A DNA stretch of 64,000 nucleotides from the NCBI GenBank assembly GCA_951406725.2, contig OX597839.1:40548001-40612000 (forward strand). The letters are read 5' to 3'. Below the pieces are notes generated by a model that saw only the letters and a program-made list of their open reading frames with translations, did no database searches and was not told where the DNA came from. The stretch is from Octopus vulgaris (lineage: Eukaryota). Shown here in pieces: positions 15,055 to 29,011 of the stretch; position 1 is the stretch's first letter; each line of letters begins with the position of its first letter. The translations under genes and the position numbers were made by a program.

Positions 15055-15153
15055 ATCACCGGAAATCTATCTGAATCAGATCCATGTAGATGCGATGGGA
15101 CATGCCAACGAACCAATCCTGGCTTAATAGAATTCAGACTTCCAGAAGGTTCA
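15055..15153 (+). CDS. Candidate internal coding exon (99 nt, phase 0-0) of an unidentified host gene
   Basis: Pyrimidine tract, two CTAAT branch-like motifs and TAG acceptor; open frame ITGNLSESDPCRCDGTCQRTNPGLIEFRLPEGS; donor TCA|GTAAGT; unique sequence between microsatellites. Confidence 0.55.
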
Positions 15154-15211
15154 GTAAGTTCTACTCTTTACCAATAATCGCATCGATCTGATTCTTCGAA
15201 AACGAATGCAC

Positions 15212-15281
<70 letters not shown>

Positions 15282-15309
15282 GCATATATATATGTATGTA
15301 TGTATATAT

Positions 15310-15343
<34 letters not shown>

Positions 15344-15471
15344 ATGTATATATTTATATATATATATATGTATGCATGTACATATGCATATATATATATA
15401 TATACAAATATGTTTGTTTGCATGTATGTATGCATGTGTGTATATGTATGTATACTCACTCATAACACATC

Positions 15472-15520
<49 letters not shown>

Positions 15521-15949
15521 GTATATATATACGCACATGTGTGTAAATATACATACATATTGCTGCATATATATTTACGTATTCATTTAATCATACATAT
15601 ATATATACGTATTTATAAATGTTTTGGCGCGTATAAATTTCGTAGATGTCTCTAACTATCTGTGCACACACACACACACACACACACAACACGCACAAAT
15701 GCTTAGGTTGCACATTGTGAAGATATACAATGGATATCTCAGACGTTGGTAAATATTACAATGGTTATTTTCTTTGTTTTATTCGTGCATCTTGTAGTCG
15801 TTTATTTCTCTGAAAGAGATACATGAAGCTTTTTATGGGAATTGCTGTTGGACAGTTCTGGTGATGGGGATAAAGTATGGTCTTTTGCAGAAGTAAGTTG
15901 TATTGTGGATGAGGTCTGATCATGGGCTGAGAGCTAAAGGGCTGTGGGT

Positions 15950-16800
15950 AAGATTTAGTGACCCTTAGGCAGTGATACAGTGGGCAGTTGGTGAGAACGA
16001 TTGACCTTGACCAGCAGTAAAATGGGCATCAAATAAGATCTAGTAGTACTGGATACTGGCATTGTGAGGAGTACGTGAATGTTAGTGACCCTGGTCCGTA
16101 GCACAGCTGTTAGTAAGTACGAGCTAGTGGATCTGGACAGGGGCACAGTGGCCAGAGAATAAAAATTTCTGACACTGGCATGGTCATAGAGGGCGGCGGA
16201 TGGCAGTTATTGCATTTGAGCAGTATACCGTGGACAATAGTTGAGAACTGTTATATTGGACAGTGGCACATTGAGCAGTTATAGTGGCACATTAAGCAGA
16301 TAGTGGCACATTGAGCAGAACTAGTTTTACTGGACATAGTGATCAGTGGTTAAGAGGTTTTGACCCTCGACAGCGTCACAAGAAGCAACGGATGAGAGTT
16401 AATGAACCTGGGCAATAGAAGAGAATTTGTTCTTCACATTGGCACATTGAGCGTAGGAGAGAGCTAGTGGTATCAGACAGAAATGCTTTCAGCAGGGAAT
16501 AAGAGACTGTGATCAGAGACAGTGTCATAATGGGCAGTGGATGATAGTCAACCAGCTTACACAATGATACAGTGGACAATAGATGAGAACTAATGGTAAT
16601 GGTCATTGGCATATTAGTGGTTAGCGGAGTGTTAGTGATGATGGACGGAGGCACTGTGGACAGGCAATAAGAATTTGTGACACATGCCAGTGTCGAAGTT
16701 AGCAAGGGATGAGATTTAGTGAAATTTGGTAGAAGTTGGGAACTTGTAGAACGTATTGGTCGGTAGAAGAGGGACAGAGGTACATGACAGTGGCAAAAAT
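15950..16800. repeat. Cryptic, highly diverged 42-bp-period tandem repeat
   Basis: Consecutive 42-mers from about 15968 fit an approximate consensus GACAGTGGCACAGTGGRCAGTAGATGAGAACTAGTGRTACTG. Confidence 0.7.
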
Positions 16801-17194
16801 TAGCTATATATTGAAGCTGCGTCGAGGACAGTAACAAAAGTTGCTGGGGCGGCCCCTAGATTGTGGTATCATCGGTTGCAATTTGTGAAATAACGCACTA
16901 AATTTGTACTTTTAGTTTCTATTTCGAAATCGTTTAATCTCCGACGGTTTGTCTCCTTCTCTCTTCTTCGCATCCCCCACTCACACACGCAGTACCAGAA
17001 GAACAATGCCAACAATAGAAACAACAATAACTTGAACGTCAACGGCAACAACAACAACAACTGCAAACGTAGCCACGGCAACACAGGTGACAGCGTAGAC
17101 ATCGACGATAGCGATGGAGACACAAGAAACAAAAGGAAACAAAGTAAAGGAAAATACTTATTACATACTTGAACACGCAGAAGTACGATGCCGT

Positions 17195-17210
17195 AATGAT
17201 GATGATGATG

Positions 17211-17247
<37 letters not shown>

Positions 17248-17264
17248 TAACAATAATACTAATT

Positions 17265-17295
<31 letters not shown>

Positions 17296-17348
17296 TAATA
17301 ATAATAACAATAATTATAACAATAATAATAATAATAACAATAATAATG

Positions 17349-17394
<46 letters not shown>

Positions 17395-17448
17395 TTATAT
17401 AATAATGACAATAATAATAATTATAACAATAATAATAATAATAATAAC

Positions 17449-17480
<32 letters not shown>

Positions 17481-17556
17481 CAATAATAATAATAATAATA
17501 ATGACAATAATAATAATAATAACAATAATAATAATACTAAAAACAACAACAACAAC

Positions 17557-17617
<61 letters not shown>

Positions 17618-17781
17618 TTGATAATAATAATCATGATAATAGTAATAATAATAAGAATGATGATGATGACGACAACGATGCTGATGTCGGTGGTGGTGGT
17701 GGTTGTGGAGAGGGTGTGATGGTGATGATGATGGGGATGATGGGGATAGGGAAGAGTATGACGTCGACAACGACGACGATG

Positions 17782-17873
<92 letters not shown>

Positions 17874-17964
17874 AATGATGATGATGATGATGATGATGAT
17901 AATAATAATAATAATAATGATAATAGTAATAATAAGAAGAATGATGATAATAATAATAATAGTG

Positions 17965-17995
<31 letters not shown>

Positions 17996-18237
17996 TAATA
18001 GTAATAATAAGAAGAATGATGATATTGATAACGATAATGACGACGATGATGATGACGATGATGATGGTGGTGGTGGTGGTGGTTGTGGGGGTGTGATCAT
18101 GATGATGATGATGATGGAGATTATGAGGATAGAGAAGTGTATGACGTCGACAACGACGATGATGATGGTGATAATTATGATGATTAATAATAATAATGAT
18201 AATGATGATGATGACGACAATAATAATAATAATAATG

Positions 18238-18318
<81 letters not shown>

Positions 18319-18345
18319 TTAATAATAATATAATGAATGACCATG
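17195..18345. repeat. (AAT)n/(GAT)n compound microsatellite containing a duplicated GGT-rich block
   Basis: GGTGGTGGTTGTGG...GTATGACGTCGACAACGACGA occurs at about 17690-17780 and 18067-18160. Confidence 0.9.
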
Positions 18346-18755
18346 ATGAGGAAATGCTCATCTAATTTCGGCTACAGCGTGTCTTATTTATTATCGTCCA
18401 CCAAATATATATACATATACCATATATATATATATATATATTCTCGTATGTACGTATGTGTATATACCTCAAAATATAAATCATTTTTTCAAAAATGCGG
18501 ACCAGTGAAACATTGAATCAAGGTTTTCGTAATTAAATATGAATCTTCTTGGCAGTAAAATAAAACCCGATATATTTTCTATGCCATTTGGTATGTAGTT
18601 TTTCGAGATTTCCAATTATATCGAAATAATTTGCTCTTTATATTATTTTAGATTTAAAGAGAAGGAAATAAGTTGGCCAGTTGCCAGGAAGCTTCAAAGA
18701 AAATTGAAAATCTCATTCGATGGAGAAAAGATTCATTCGCTCTCATTTTCTTTAT

Positions 18756-18849
<94 letters not shown>

Positions 18850-19244
18850 TTTTTTATTATACTTTTGGATTGTTTTGTTACTTTGTTTTTAGTCTGTTCG
18901 TCTGTTTTTCCAAAATATCTTATTTTAGATAATAATAGCGCTTGGATATTAATAATACAATTAATAGGTTGCGAATGTAGCTGAAGCAGTGGCTGTTGCC
19001 TGAAACAGATTTAGATGTGAAATCGTAGAAGCGGTTTCAATTCCTGATTGAAGTTTTTTTTACCTTTTATGTTTATTTTTGTCTTTTTTTTTTGCATAAT
19101 TTAAAGGTTTTTTTCTGAAATTTCTTCAAACATATGTGTGTATATGTGTGTGAATGAACATCTGCCTCTCTCTCTCTCTCCCTCTCTCTCGCTACAAATG
19201 TATCTATATGCACAAATATATATTGATATATATACAAGGGTAAA

Positions 19245-19473
19245 GCGGCGAGCTGGCAGAATCGTTAGCACGCCGGGCGAAATGCTTAGCCGTATTTCGT
19301 TTGTCGTTACCTTCTGAGTTCAAATTCCGCCGAGGTAGACTTTGCTTTTCATCCTTTCGGGATCGATAAATTAAGTACCAGTTATGCACTGGGGACGATG
19401 TAATCGACTTAATCCGTTTGTCTGTCCTTGTTTGTCCCCTCTGTGTTTAGCCCCTTGTGGGCAGTAAAGAAAT
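19245..19473 (+). mobile_element. tRNA-derived SINE, family A, full length (central domain resembles the MetaSINE domain)
   Basis: Head GCGGCGAGCTGGCAGAATCGTTAGC, B-box GAGTTCAAATTCC, domain TTTCATCCTTTCGGGATCGATAAATTAAGTACC, tail AGCCCCTTGTGGGCAGTAAAGAAATA. Confidence 0.9.
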
Positions 19474-19739
19474 ATATATATTGATATATATACGAGGGTA
19501 AGGCGGCGATCTGGCAGAATCGTTAGCACGCCGGGCGAAATAGTAATGATTTCATTTATTTGTCAGAAGAGCGAAGGACGAGTGGGAGAACACAAAGCCA
19601 GACATAAATTGTGGGGGTTTAGGTGTAATAAAATGATGAAAATAAAGAAAAAAGAAAGAAACTAAGTATACACATCATACACTGAAAAGTACCAAATTGC
19701 CGAAGTTATTCTTGTTGCTTATTTTGAAAAATAATCTAC

Positions 19740-19897
19740 GAGTGGTTGTGTGGTAAGTAGCTTGCTAACCAACCACATGGTTCCGGGTTCAGTCCCACTG
19801 CGAGGCATCTTGGGCAAGTGTCTTCTGCTGTAGCCCCGGGCCGACCAATACCTTATGAGTGGATTTGGTAGACGGAAACTGAAAGAAGCCTGTCGTA

Positions 19898-19961
<64 letters not shown>

Positions 19962-20187
19962 TGTGTGTATATATGTTTGTGTGTGTGTGTGTTTGTCCCC
20001 CTAGCATTGCTTGACAACCGATGCTGGTGTGTTTACGTCCCCGTCACTTAGCGGTTCGGCAAAAAGAGACCGATAGAATAAGTACTGGGCTTACAAAAGA
20101 ATAAGTCCCGGGGTGGATTCGCTCGACTAAAAGCGGTGCTCCAGAATGGCCGCAGTCAAATGACTGAAACAAGTAAAAGAGAGAGAG
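19740..20187 (+). mobile_element. tRNA-derived SINE, family C (internal TA/TG microsatellite, CR1-like tail)
   Basis: A-box TGGTTGTGTGG, B-box GGTTCAGTCCC, CTTGGGCAAGTG core-like motif, tail GGCCGCAGTCAAATGACTGAAACAAGTAAAAGAG. Confidence 0.9.
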
Positions 20188-20469
20188 ACACTCAGCACGG
20201 CATCAAAACTCTAACCCATCATCTCTAACCGCCATGTATTCTTCTGTATCTCTTTTTTTTATTTTTATCTCACTTTATCTTTATGTTCACCTTTTTATTT
20301 TTTATTTTTTTTATTTTTCGTCTTTATTTTTCGCTTTTTATTTTATTTATTTTTTTTTTTACTTTTTATTTTATCTTTTACCCTTTATTTCTTGTACCTT
20401 TTACACTTTCACAATACATTTCTAGAATTTATGACCCTATAAGTGACGCCCTTTGTATCTTAATATTTT

Positions 20470-21290
20470 AATTTTTAAAAAATTTTTATCTAGTTTCAGC
20501 TCACAAGCTGTGGCCATGCTGGGGCACCGCCATTTAGTGTTGCTATATGATTTTACTTCACGAATGTTTTTTTAGCAATTGCCATTTGGTGCATGAGAGA
20601 GTTCGATGCAGCTGCCCTCATCTGCACCTCCTGCCGTGAAGTTGGTTCATCTGGGACACCTGACAAGAAGAGATCCAGTTTTATTTTAAAGACATCTGCA
20701 TCCACCCCATGCAGGTCTCTTAGGTTCTTCGGGAGGATATTGAAGAGCTGTGGGCCTCGGAAGCCCAGGCTATCACAGTATCTTGTCCTACATCTTGATG
20801 GCAAATTTGGAGTCCTTGGCACTATGCAGTGGCGCCCAGTTCTAGTATTTGTGTAACTCTCGATGCCAAAGTTTAGAACAAGTCCTTCCAGCATCTTCCA
20901 GATGTATATTATGGCATATCTTTCTCGCCTACGCTCTAAGGAATAGAGTCTCAATCTCTTGAGTCTTTCCCAATAGCTTATATGCTGCACAGAGGCTATC
21001 TTCTTCGTGTAGCTTCGTTGGATCGCCTCAAGTTCTGTGATTAACTTGACACTGGATGGTGACCATAGCTGAGAGCAATAGTCAAAGTGGCTTAGGACAA
21101 GTGTCCTCCAGAGGACCATCATGGTTTCCTGGTCTCTTGTTCTAAAGGTTCTAAGAATCCATCCGGTCAGCCGCCTACATTTCATTGCCAATTTAGCAAC
21201 ATGCACATGAAAGGTTGCATCATCACTCATGTAAATACCCAGGTCTCGCACTGACTGTGCCTCTGGGATTGCAATCCCTCCGGGTCCAAT
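20470..21290 (-). mobile_element. 5'-truncated CR1-group LINE (ORF2 C-terminus, ORF 20553-21251, short 3' UTR)
   Basis: RDLGIYMS...DYCSQLWSP...LEAIQR...SYWERLKRLRLYSLERRRER...FNILP...FKIKLD is the CR1/L2-group post-RT motif series; stem-loop 3' tail. Confidence 0.92.
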
Positions 21291-21851
21291 GTTACTTATT
21301 TTTTTTTACATCTTTACTTTTTTATTATATTTTATATTTATTATTATCCTTTATAATTATGTTTAAATTTATATATATTTTTTTTTCTTTTTTGTGATCC
21401 CGACTTCATTAAAGTTTCACCCCCTTCCCTTCCTTTCCTCTTTCTCTCAACATCCAATTCCTTCCCTTATATGAAGTAATCTACCCAGTATTCATTCTTT
21501 ACCGAGTGAAGAAACGGTATGGACGATTTGTTTTGGAGTCTCACAATACCATGTACGCCTATGAGGATTTACTTTCCCAATGAAACCCGGTTTTTTCCAA
21601 AACTTTTTCTCAAACCTGCTATAATGTGATACATGTCTTTGGTGTGGTAATTGTACGCGGCTGAAGAAGGCCTTTGATCTACCTGTTGTATCAATTATGC
21701 ATTGATATAAGTTGTTCAATAAAGCCCGAAACATATGTACCGCAAAATCCTTTGCGTCCTGATTTTCTTTTGATACATATATCCTATCACCTATACCACT
21801 AGCTGGCATATACAGGTGCTTACATTTATCAAGTATTCACTGAATTTATTG

Positions 21852-21926
<75 letters not shown>

Positions 21927-22011
21927 ATGTATGTATGTATGTATGTATGTATTTGTTTATGTATATATATTAGAAGGTCTGGAGATGATGTACAGGTATG
22001 ATAAATTAGAA

Positions 22012-22478
22012 GAAATGAGGTACTCAGAAATCTGGATGGTTTTATATTTACAGATATTTATTAGTATGTTACATGTTTTTATAAATCATATATCATATAT
22101 TAGAGCTTTCGTCCACTCTAGTGGAGTCTTCAAATTGAACTAGGTTCTTGTAGGAATTTTGACTCTTTTTATAGTATTATTGAGTGTATAGGGGTGGGGG
22201 AGATATAAGATTGTGCAAGAGGGTGAGGAATGGGGAGAAAGTGAGAGAGAGCGTTCCCCATTCCTCACCCTCTTGTACAATCTTATATCTCTTCCCACCC
22301 CTACACACTCAACAATACTATAAAAAAAGTAAAAATTCCTGCAAAAGTTCAATTTGAAAACTCCACCAGAGTGGAAAAAAGTGCTAATATATGATATATG
22401 ACTTATAAAAACTTGTAACATACTAATAAATATATGTCTTCAAAAAAAAACCATCCAGGTTTCTGAGTATCTCATTTC
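22012..22478. repeat. Imperfect inverted repeat (arms about 225 bp, 18-nt spacer) between (TA)n tracts
   Basis: GAAATGAGGTACTCAGAAA...GAGGGTGAGGAATGGGGA is mirrored by TCCCCATTCCTCACCCTC...TTTCTGAGTATCTCATTTC. Confidence 0.9.
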
Positions 22479-22480
22479 CC

Positions 22481-22674
<194 letters not shown>

Positions 22675-22835
22675 ACAAAACTTCAAAGTCGTTGTCAGTA
22701 GTCTTGTCAAAGAAAACAAAAATTTGTATTCTTCAAAAAAGTGTTGACTAACAAAATTGTTTTACCATATCTTAACAGAAAAACAAGCATTCACATGTTT
22801 CCACAAATATATATATATACATATATGTATGTATG

Positions 22836-22889
<54 letters not shown>

Positions 22890-23213
22890 TAAATATAAAT
22901 GTATATGCGTCCTTGTGTATGTGAGTGCGTCCACGATGTCTGCATTTGTGAGTGAATGTGACTTGCGTGCGGTCCCTTGCCAAAGCGTATGTAGCACCGT
23001 TTGGACAGGTTTAAAATATTTTCGACGACAATCTTTATGGAAAGCGCCAAAGTGTTTCTCACATCTCGGATATAGCCAAACCATCCCCACCAACACGAAC
23101 AGCAACACCATAAACACTGTTGCTAAAGATTTCTTTTGATGAAGTTTATTGAAATATGAACACTTACAGATTTAATGAAGGCACTCTGCCCACAAGCAGA
23201 GTATGCGTGTACG

Positions 23214-23254
<41 letters not shown>

Positions 23255-23760
23255 GTATATATATATATATACACAGATATGTACATATACGTTTCTGATT
23301 GGGTATTTGTCTATATCTTTGTATATATGTATATATGTATATATATATATATATGTAAGTATAAATGTATATGTTTTTACGTTGCATATGCGTGTGTATA
23401 CATATACAAATGTGTGTGTGTATATATATATATATGTATATATAAACATACATACAAATATGTACATCTCTATATACGCCTATATATTGATACACTTGTT
23501 TACACGCATATACATTAGTAAGTATGTATATTTGTGAGTGTGTACATATATTTGTATGTATCTACGTATGAATACATACATATATATATATATAAATAAA
23601 TACATGCATGTATGTTTGTATCTATGCATTTATGTATAATTGGTAGCGCATAACTCATAATTGCACGATAAATCCACTACACTGAATTTCGACGACTTCA
23701 AAAGAAAATTACGTTAAATCACATTCAGAATTGATGCATATATATACACAAAATTACATC

Positions 23761-23798
<38 letters not shown>

Positions 23799-24449
23799 CA
23801 TGCGCGGATATTACGCGTTGACCAACGCGCACTCATGCCTCCATATTATTCATACTTAGAAGGTATGTATATGTGTATGTGCTTGCATGTATATGTATGT
23901 ATGTATATATGTATGTATGTATATATGTATGTATGTATGTATGTATTTTTGTATATATTGGTTTGTATGTAGAAATGTTAATAGTCGTATTCCACACGTA
24001 ATTATATTTGTAAATACGATCATGTATATGTACATAAAATTATATTCATATGTATGTGCGTCGTGCGTGTACATGTAAGCAAGTAATAAATATGAGTGTA
24101 TATGAGTGTGTGTGTATGTTTGTGTGTCCTTGTGTTTGTGTGTTTGTGTGTGTGTGTGTGTATGTTTGTGTGTCTGTGTACACCTCGGTTTCTTTTGCTC
24201 GCTAACTCTTCTGTGTCTACTCTGTCGCTTCACACAAATATATACCGCCTTCTAAAACTGTTTAAACTTTCAACACGAAGAAATGTATATATATGTGTGT
24301 GTATATATTTGTATGAAGGTGTGTGTATGTGTGTGTGTGTGTGTATGTGTGTATGTATGCATACATGTTTATGTGTGGACATATTCAACGGCATGTGTAT
24401 AGATGTTTGTATGTTTACAAAGACATAGATAAAAAGATAGATAGCCAGA

Positions 24450-24933
24450 CAGACAAACAAACATATACATTCACACATACATACACATACACACATACAC
24501 ACATACATACATACATACATACATACATTCATACATACATGCATACATACATACATACATACATACATACAATCAAACATACATACAGACAGACATACAT
24601 ACATACATACATGCATACATACAAACATACATACATACATACATACATACACACACATACATACACACATACATACATACATACATACATACATACATAC
24701 ATACACACATACATACATACTTACATACATACATACATACAGACAGACAGACATACATACATACACACATACATACACACATACATACACACATACATAC
24801 ATACATACATACTTACATACATACATGCATACATACATACAGACAGACATACATACACACATACATACACACATACATACACACATACATACATACATAC
24901 ATACATACATACATACATACATACATGCATACA

Positions 24934-24967
<34 letters not shown>

Positions 24968-24980
24968 CATACATACATAT
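24450..24980. repeat. (TACA)n microsatellite
   Basis: Visible directly. Confidence 0.95.
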
Positions 24981-25315
24981 TTACAAACACAGCCGAAGAA
25001 AAGGAGAGGAAATTATGGAATATATAGAGAGCAACAACAGACCAAAAGCAGAGCAAAACAGTTAAGCAATGCAGAGGAGAGAGCAGTCATTTTGTGCGGA
25101 GGATTTAGTATGTGTTATAGTGTTAGGTCGTTTGAAGCCTGTTCGCTTCGTTGGAGATGCTCACTCGTATTGATGAATCTATAGAAAAGCTGTAAAAATC
25201 AATGAATTAGTTGATAGATTATTAGTATCTATCCAACTGGAAAAATGGGTTAGTTTATTTATTTGACTTTCACCCTTTTCCATAACTGAGAAAATACGCA
25301 GACCGACTTGATACG

Positions 25316-25347
<32 letters not shown>

Positions 25348-25368
25348 TGTATGTATGCATGTATGTGT

Positions 25369-25442
<74 letters not shown>

Positions 25443-25485
25443 ATACATATACATACATATATATATATATACATATTTATATATG

Positions 25486-25542
<57 letters not shown>

Positions 25543-25785
25543 TGTGTATATGATATGTATATGTATGAGTGTATAAATATGTATCTATATATATATTGAG
25601 ATATCTTAAAGCCTCACATCCACACAATCGCCCATAGATTCATATTCAACACACACATGTATATATGAATATACATATATACATACATATATATGTATAT
25701 AGTATGTACATATGTATATGTATCATATTTAATATATATACATATATATATATATATGTGTGGATATATATATATATATATATCG

Positions 25786-25851
<66 letters not shown>

Positions 25852-26394
25852 ATATATGGTGAATATGTGTTACTGTATGACTGTGATGAGAAAGTTGTAC
25901 TTTGTTCGGTTTTTCTAATTTAACATATGTAGAAGGATGTGTTCAGTTTTGTAGACTCGGGGGAGGGTTTGCGAGGCCAATTGTAGCCTGATAGATGTCA
26001 CTAACAGTTCATTTATTTATCAGATTGTCAGTCAATCCTGCCTGTTTGTCTGTCCGTCTGTAAGTCTGTTCGTCTGTAAGTCTGTTCGTCTGCGTGTGTG
26101 TGTTTATTTACATGGTCTTGTAGTGTTCTTTTTATATATATGTGCATGTGTGTGTGTGTGTGAGTTTCTTTGCATGTGTATACAAAGAAAAGAGATAGAT
26201 AAAAGGAGATAAAGAGATATTGCGAGAGAATGACAGAAAGACACTAGACCGACCGATAGATAGATAGATTGATAGAGAGATAGATAAACAGACAGACTAA
26301 TATATATATATAGAGATATATATATATATATACATACATATATATATCTGTCGTCTATCTGTCTATATGTATAGATAGATATCTATATATATAG

Positions 26395-26527
26395 AATGGC
26401 AACGGGGAACTCAGAGTAACAGGTTTTGTTGTATTTTCTGCTGCTTTAAATAAAGCATATTACTCTACCACTGGTATTTGAGTACTCTTTTTTCCACCTT
26501 GTTTCACATTTATGTGTTTACTCCGGT
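26395..26527 (+). mobile_element. Second copy of the 12306-12470 element family
   Basis: Shares AACTCAGAGTAACAGGTTTTGTTG...CTGCTTTAAATAAAGCATATTACTCTACCACTGG...TTTACTCCGGTA; TA flanks. Confidence 0.8.
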
Positions 26528-26563
26528 ATCTATATATATATATATATATGTGTGTGTGTATGT

Positions 26564-26622
<59 letters not shown>

Positions 26623-27077
26623 TTTATTCTTTTATTCACCGTCTTTTTAGTGGAATAAATCGAATTCTTTTGCCGCACCACTAAGTTCCAGGGACATAAA
26701 TGAACCGACATTGGTTGTCAAACGATGGTGCGGGACAAACACAGACACACAAACATAAATATACATACGACGTGCTACTTTCAGCTTCCGTCTACCAAAT
26801 TCACTCACAGGGTTTGAATTAGCCTTAGGCCATTTGGTTGAGAAGCAGGCTACTTACCACAAAGCCACGTGACGAACCAGGCTATTAGAAGTTGTTACAC
26901 ATCGTTAGTCACAATGCATTTTCGGCATTGTTTTAGCGGTGATATGACACCATCCCACTAGTTAGGCGTGTAGATCACTCTCAGGCCGAAAGAGGGCCTG
27001 AAACAATATGAAATGAAATTTTCTGCTCAAAAGCACAAGATTCCTCCTTATTTCAACTGAAATTATAGTAGAAGCAC

Positions 27078-27287
27078 TCTTTTTACTCTTTTACTCTTTT
27101 ACTTGTTTCAGTCATTTGACTGCGGCCATGCTGGAGCACCGCCTTTAATCGAGCAACTCGACTCCGGGACTTATTCTTTTGTAAGCCCAGTACTTATTCT
27201 ATCGGTCTCTTTTGCCAAACCGCTAAGTGACGCGGACATAAACACACCAGCATCGGTTTTCAAGCAATGCTAGGGGGACAAACACAG

Positions 27288-27357
<70 letters not shown>

Positions 27358-27517
27358 GACGGGCTTCTTTCAGTTTCCGTCTACCAAATCTACTCACAAG
27401 GCTTTGGTCGGCCCGAGGCTATAGTAGAAGACATTTACCCAAGGTGCCACGCAGTGGGACTGAACCTGGAACCATGTGGTTGGTAAACAAGCTACTCACC
27501 TCACAATCACTCCTGCA
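27078..27517 (-). mobile_element. SINE family C
   Basis: Reverse complement of 19740-20187 with (GTAAAAGA)n tail. Confidence 0.9.
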
Positions 27518-27930
27518 CTGTAAATGTTTTTGCTCCATGGATTTTAAACTATGTTAATTCATTCTGAATGTCAATTTATTTTGAAGTTTATGAATTCATC
27601 TGACGAAAACAGTTTCCTTACAATGATGTGAGGTTTTCCTTAATGAATTACAGGAGTCATTAGTGTTTGCCGTAATTGATTAACACCTATATCTCTACTG
27701 TTACTCATTTATAATTTCTCTCATTCTTTCTTTCTTTCTTTCTTTTATTTGCTTCAGTCATTTGACTGCGACCATGCTGGAGTACCGCGTTTAGTCGAGC
27801 AAATCGAACCCAGGACTTATTCTTTGTAAGCATAGTACTTATTCTATCGGTCTCTCTTGCCGAACCGCTGTCTCATTCTGCCTCACTCGCAATGCATTGG
27901 TGAGCCTGGGGACATAGTAGAGAACGCTTA

Positions 27931-28160
27931 AGGCGGTGAGCTGGCAGAAACGTTAGCATGCCGGGCGAAATGCTTAGCGGTATTTCGTGTGCGTTACGTT
28001 GTTAGTTCAAATTCCGTCGAAGTCGATTTTGCCTAAAATTCTTTCGGGGTCGATAAATTAAGTACCAGTTACGCACTGGTATCGATGTAATCGACTTAAT
28101 ACCTATGTCTGTCCTTCTTTGTCCCCTCTGTGTTTAGCCCCTTGTGGTTAATAAAGAAAT
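27931..28160 (+). mobile_element. SINE family A
   Basis: Homologous to 19245-19473. Confidence 0.9.
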
Positions 28161-28544
28161 AGGTATCGCTCATTAGCACTGAACCTGAAAGCACGTGGTT
28201 GCCAATATAGCTTCTTGAGCACACAGTCGTGCCTGCGCCGAAAAGAAATAAAACAGGAAGAGAGAAATAATGAATGCAAACCAGAAAACGTTACAAAATG
28301 AAGGGAAGAAATGAAGAAAGAAGGAAGGAAGGAAAGAAAGAACGAAAGAAAGGAAAGAAAGAAGGAGAGAAAGGAAATGTAAGAGCTATTAGACTTTTTT
28401 AATAACACCTCTATAACTACAAAATGCCTAACCGGGTCTGAACTAGATGTCCGAGAAGAATGGATCTTATTTAAGACGAGCAATGGCGGCTTTACGTGAC
28501 ACGGTTCAGTGAATAGATCTGATACATACACACGCACACAAACA

Positions 28545-29011
28545 CGCACATATATATATACGTACAGCCACATAAGCATATACACACACACACACACTCA
28601 CATACACGCACACATATATACGTACAGACACATAAGCATGTACACACACACACACACTCACATACACGCACACATATATACGTACAGACACAAAGGCATA
28701 TACACACACACACACTCACATACACGCACACATATATACGTACAGACACATAAGCATATATACACACACACACACACTCACATACACGCACACATATATA
28801 CGTACAGACACATAAGCATATACACACACACACACACACACTCACATACACGCACACATATATACGTACAGACACATAAGCATATACACACACACACACA
28901 AACACTCACATACACGCACACATATATACGTATAGACACATAAGCATATACACACACACACACACTCACATACACGCACACATATATACGTACAGACACA
29001 TAAGCATATAT

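Noticed and set aside
18652-18750. Acceptor-like TTTTAG followed by an open frame
   Set aside because: No donor site before the (TA)n tract.
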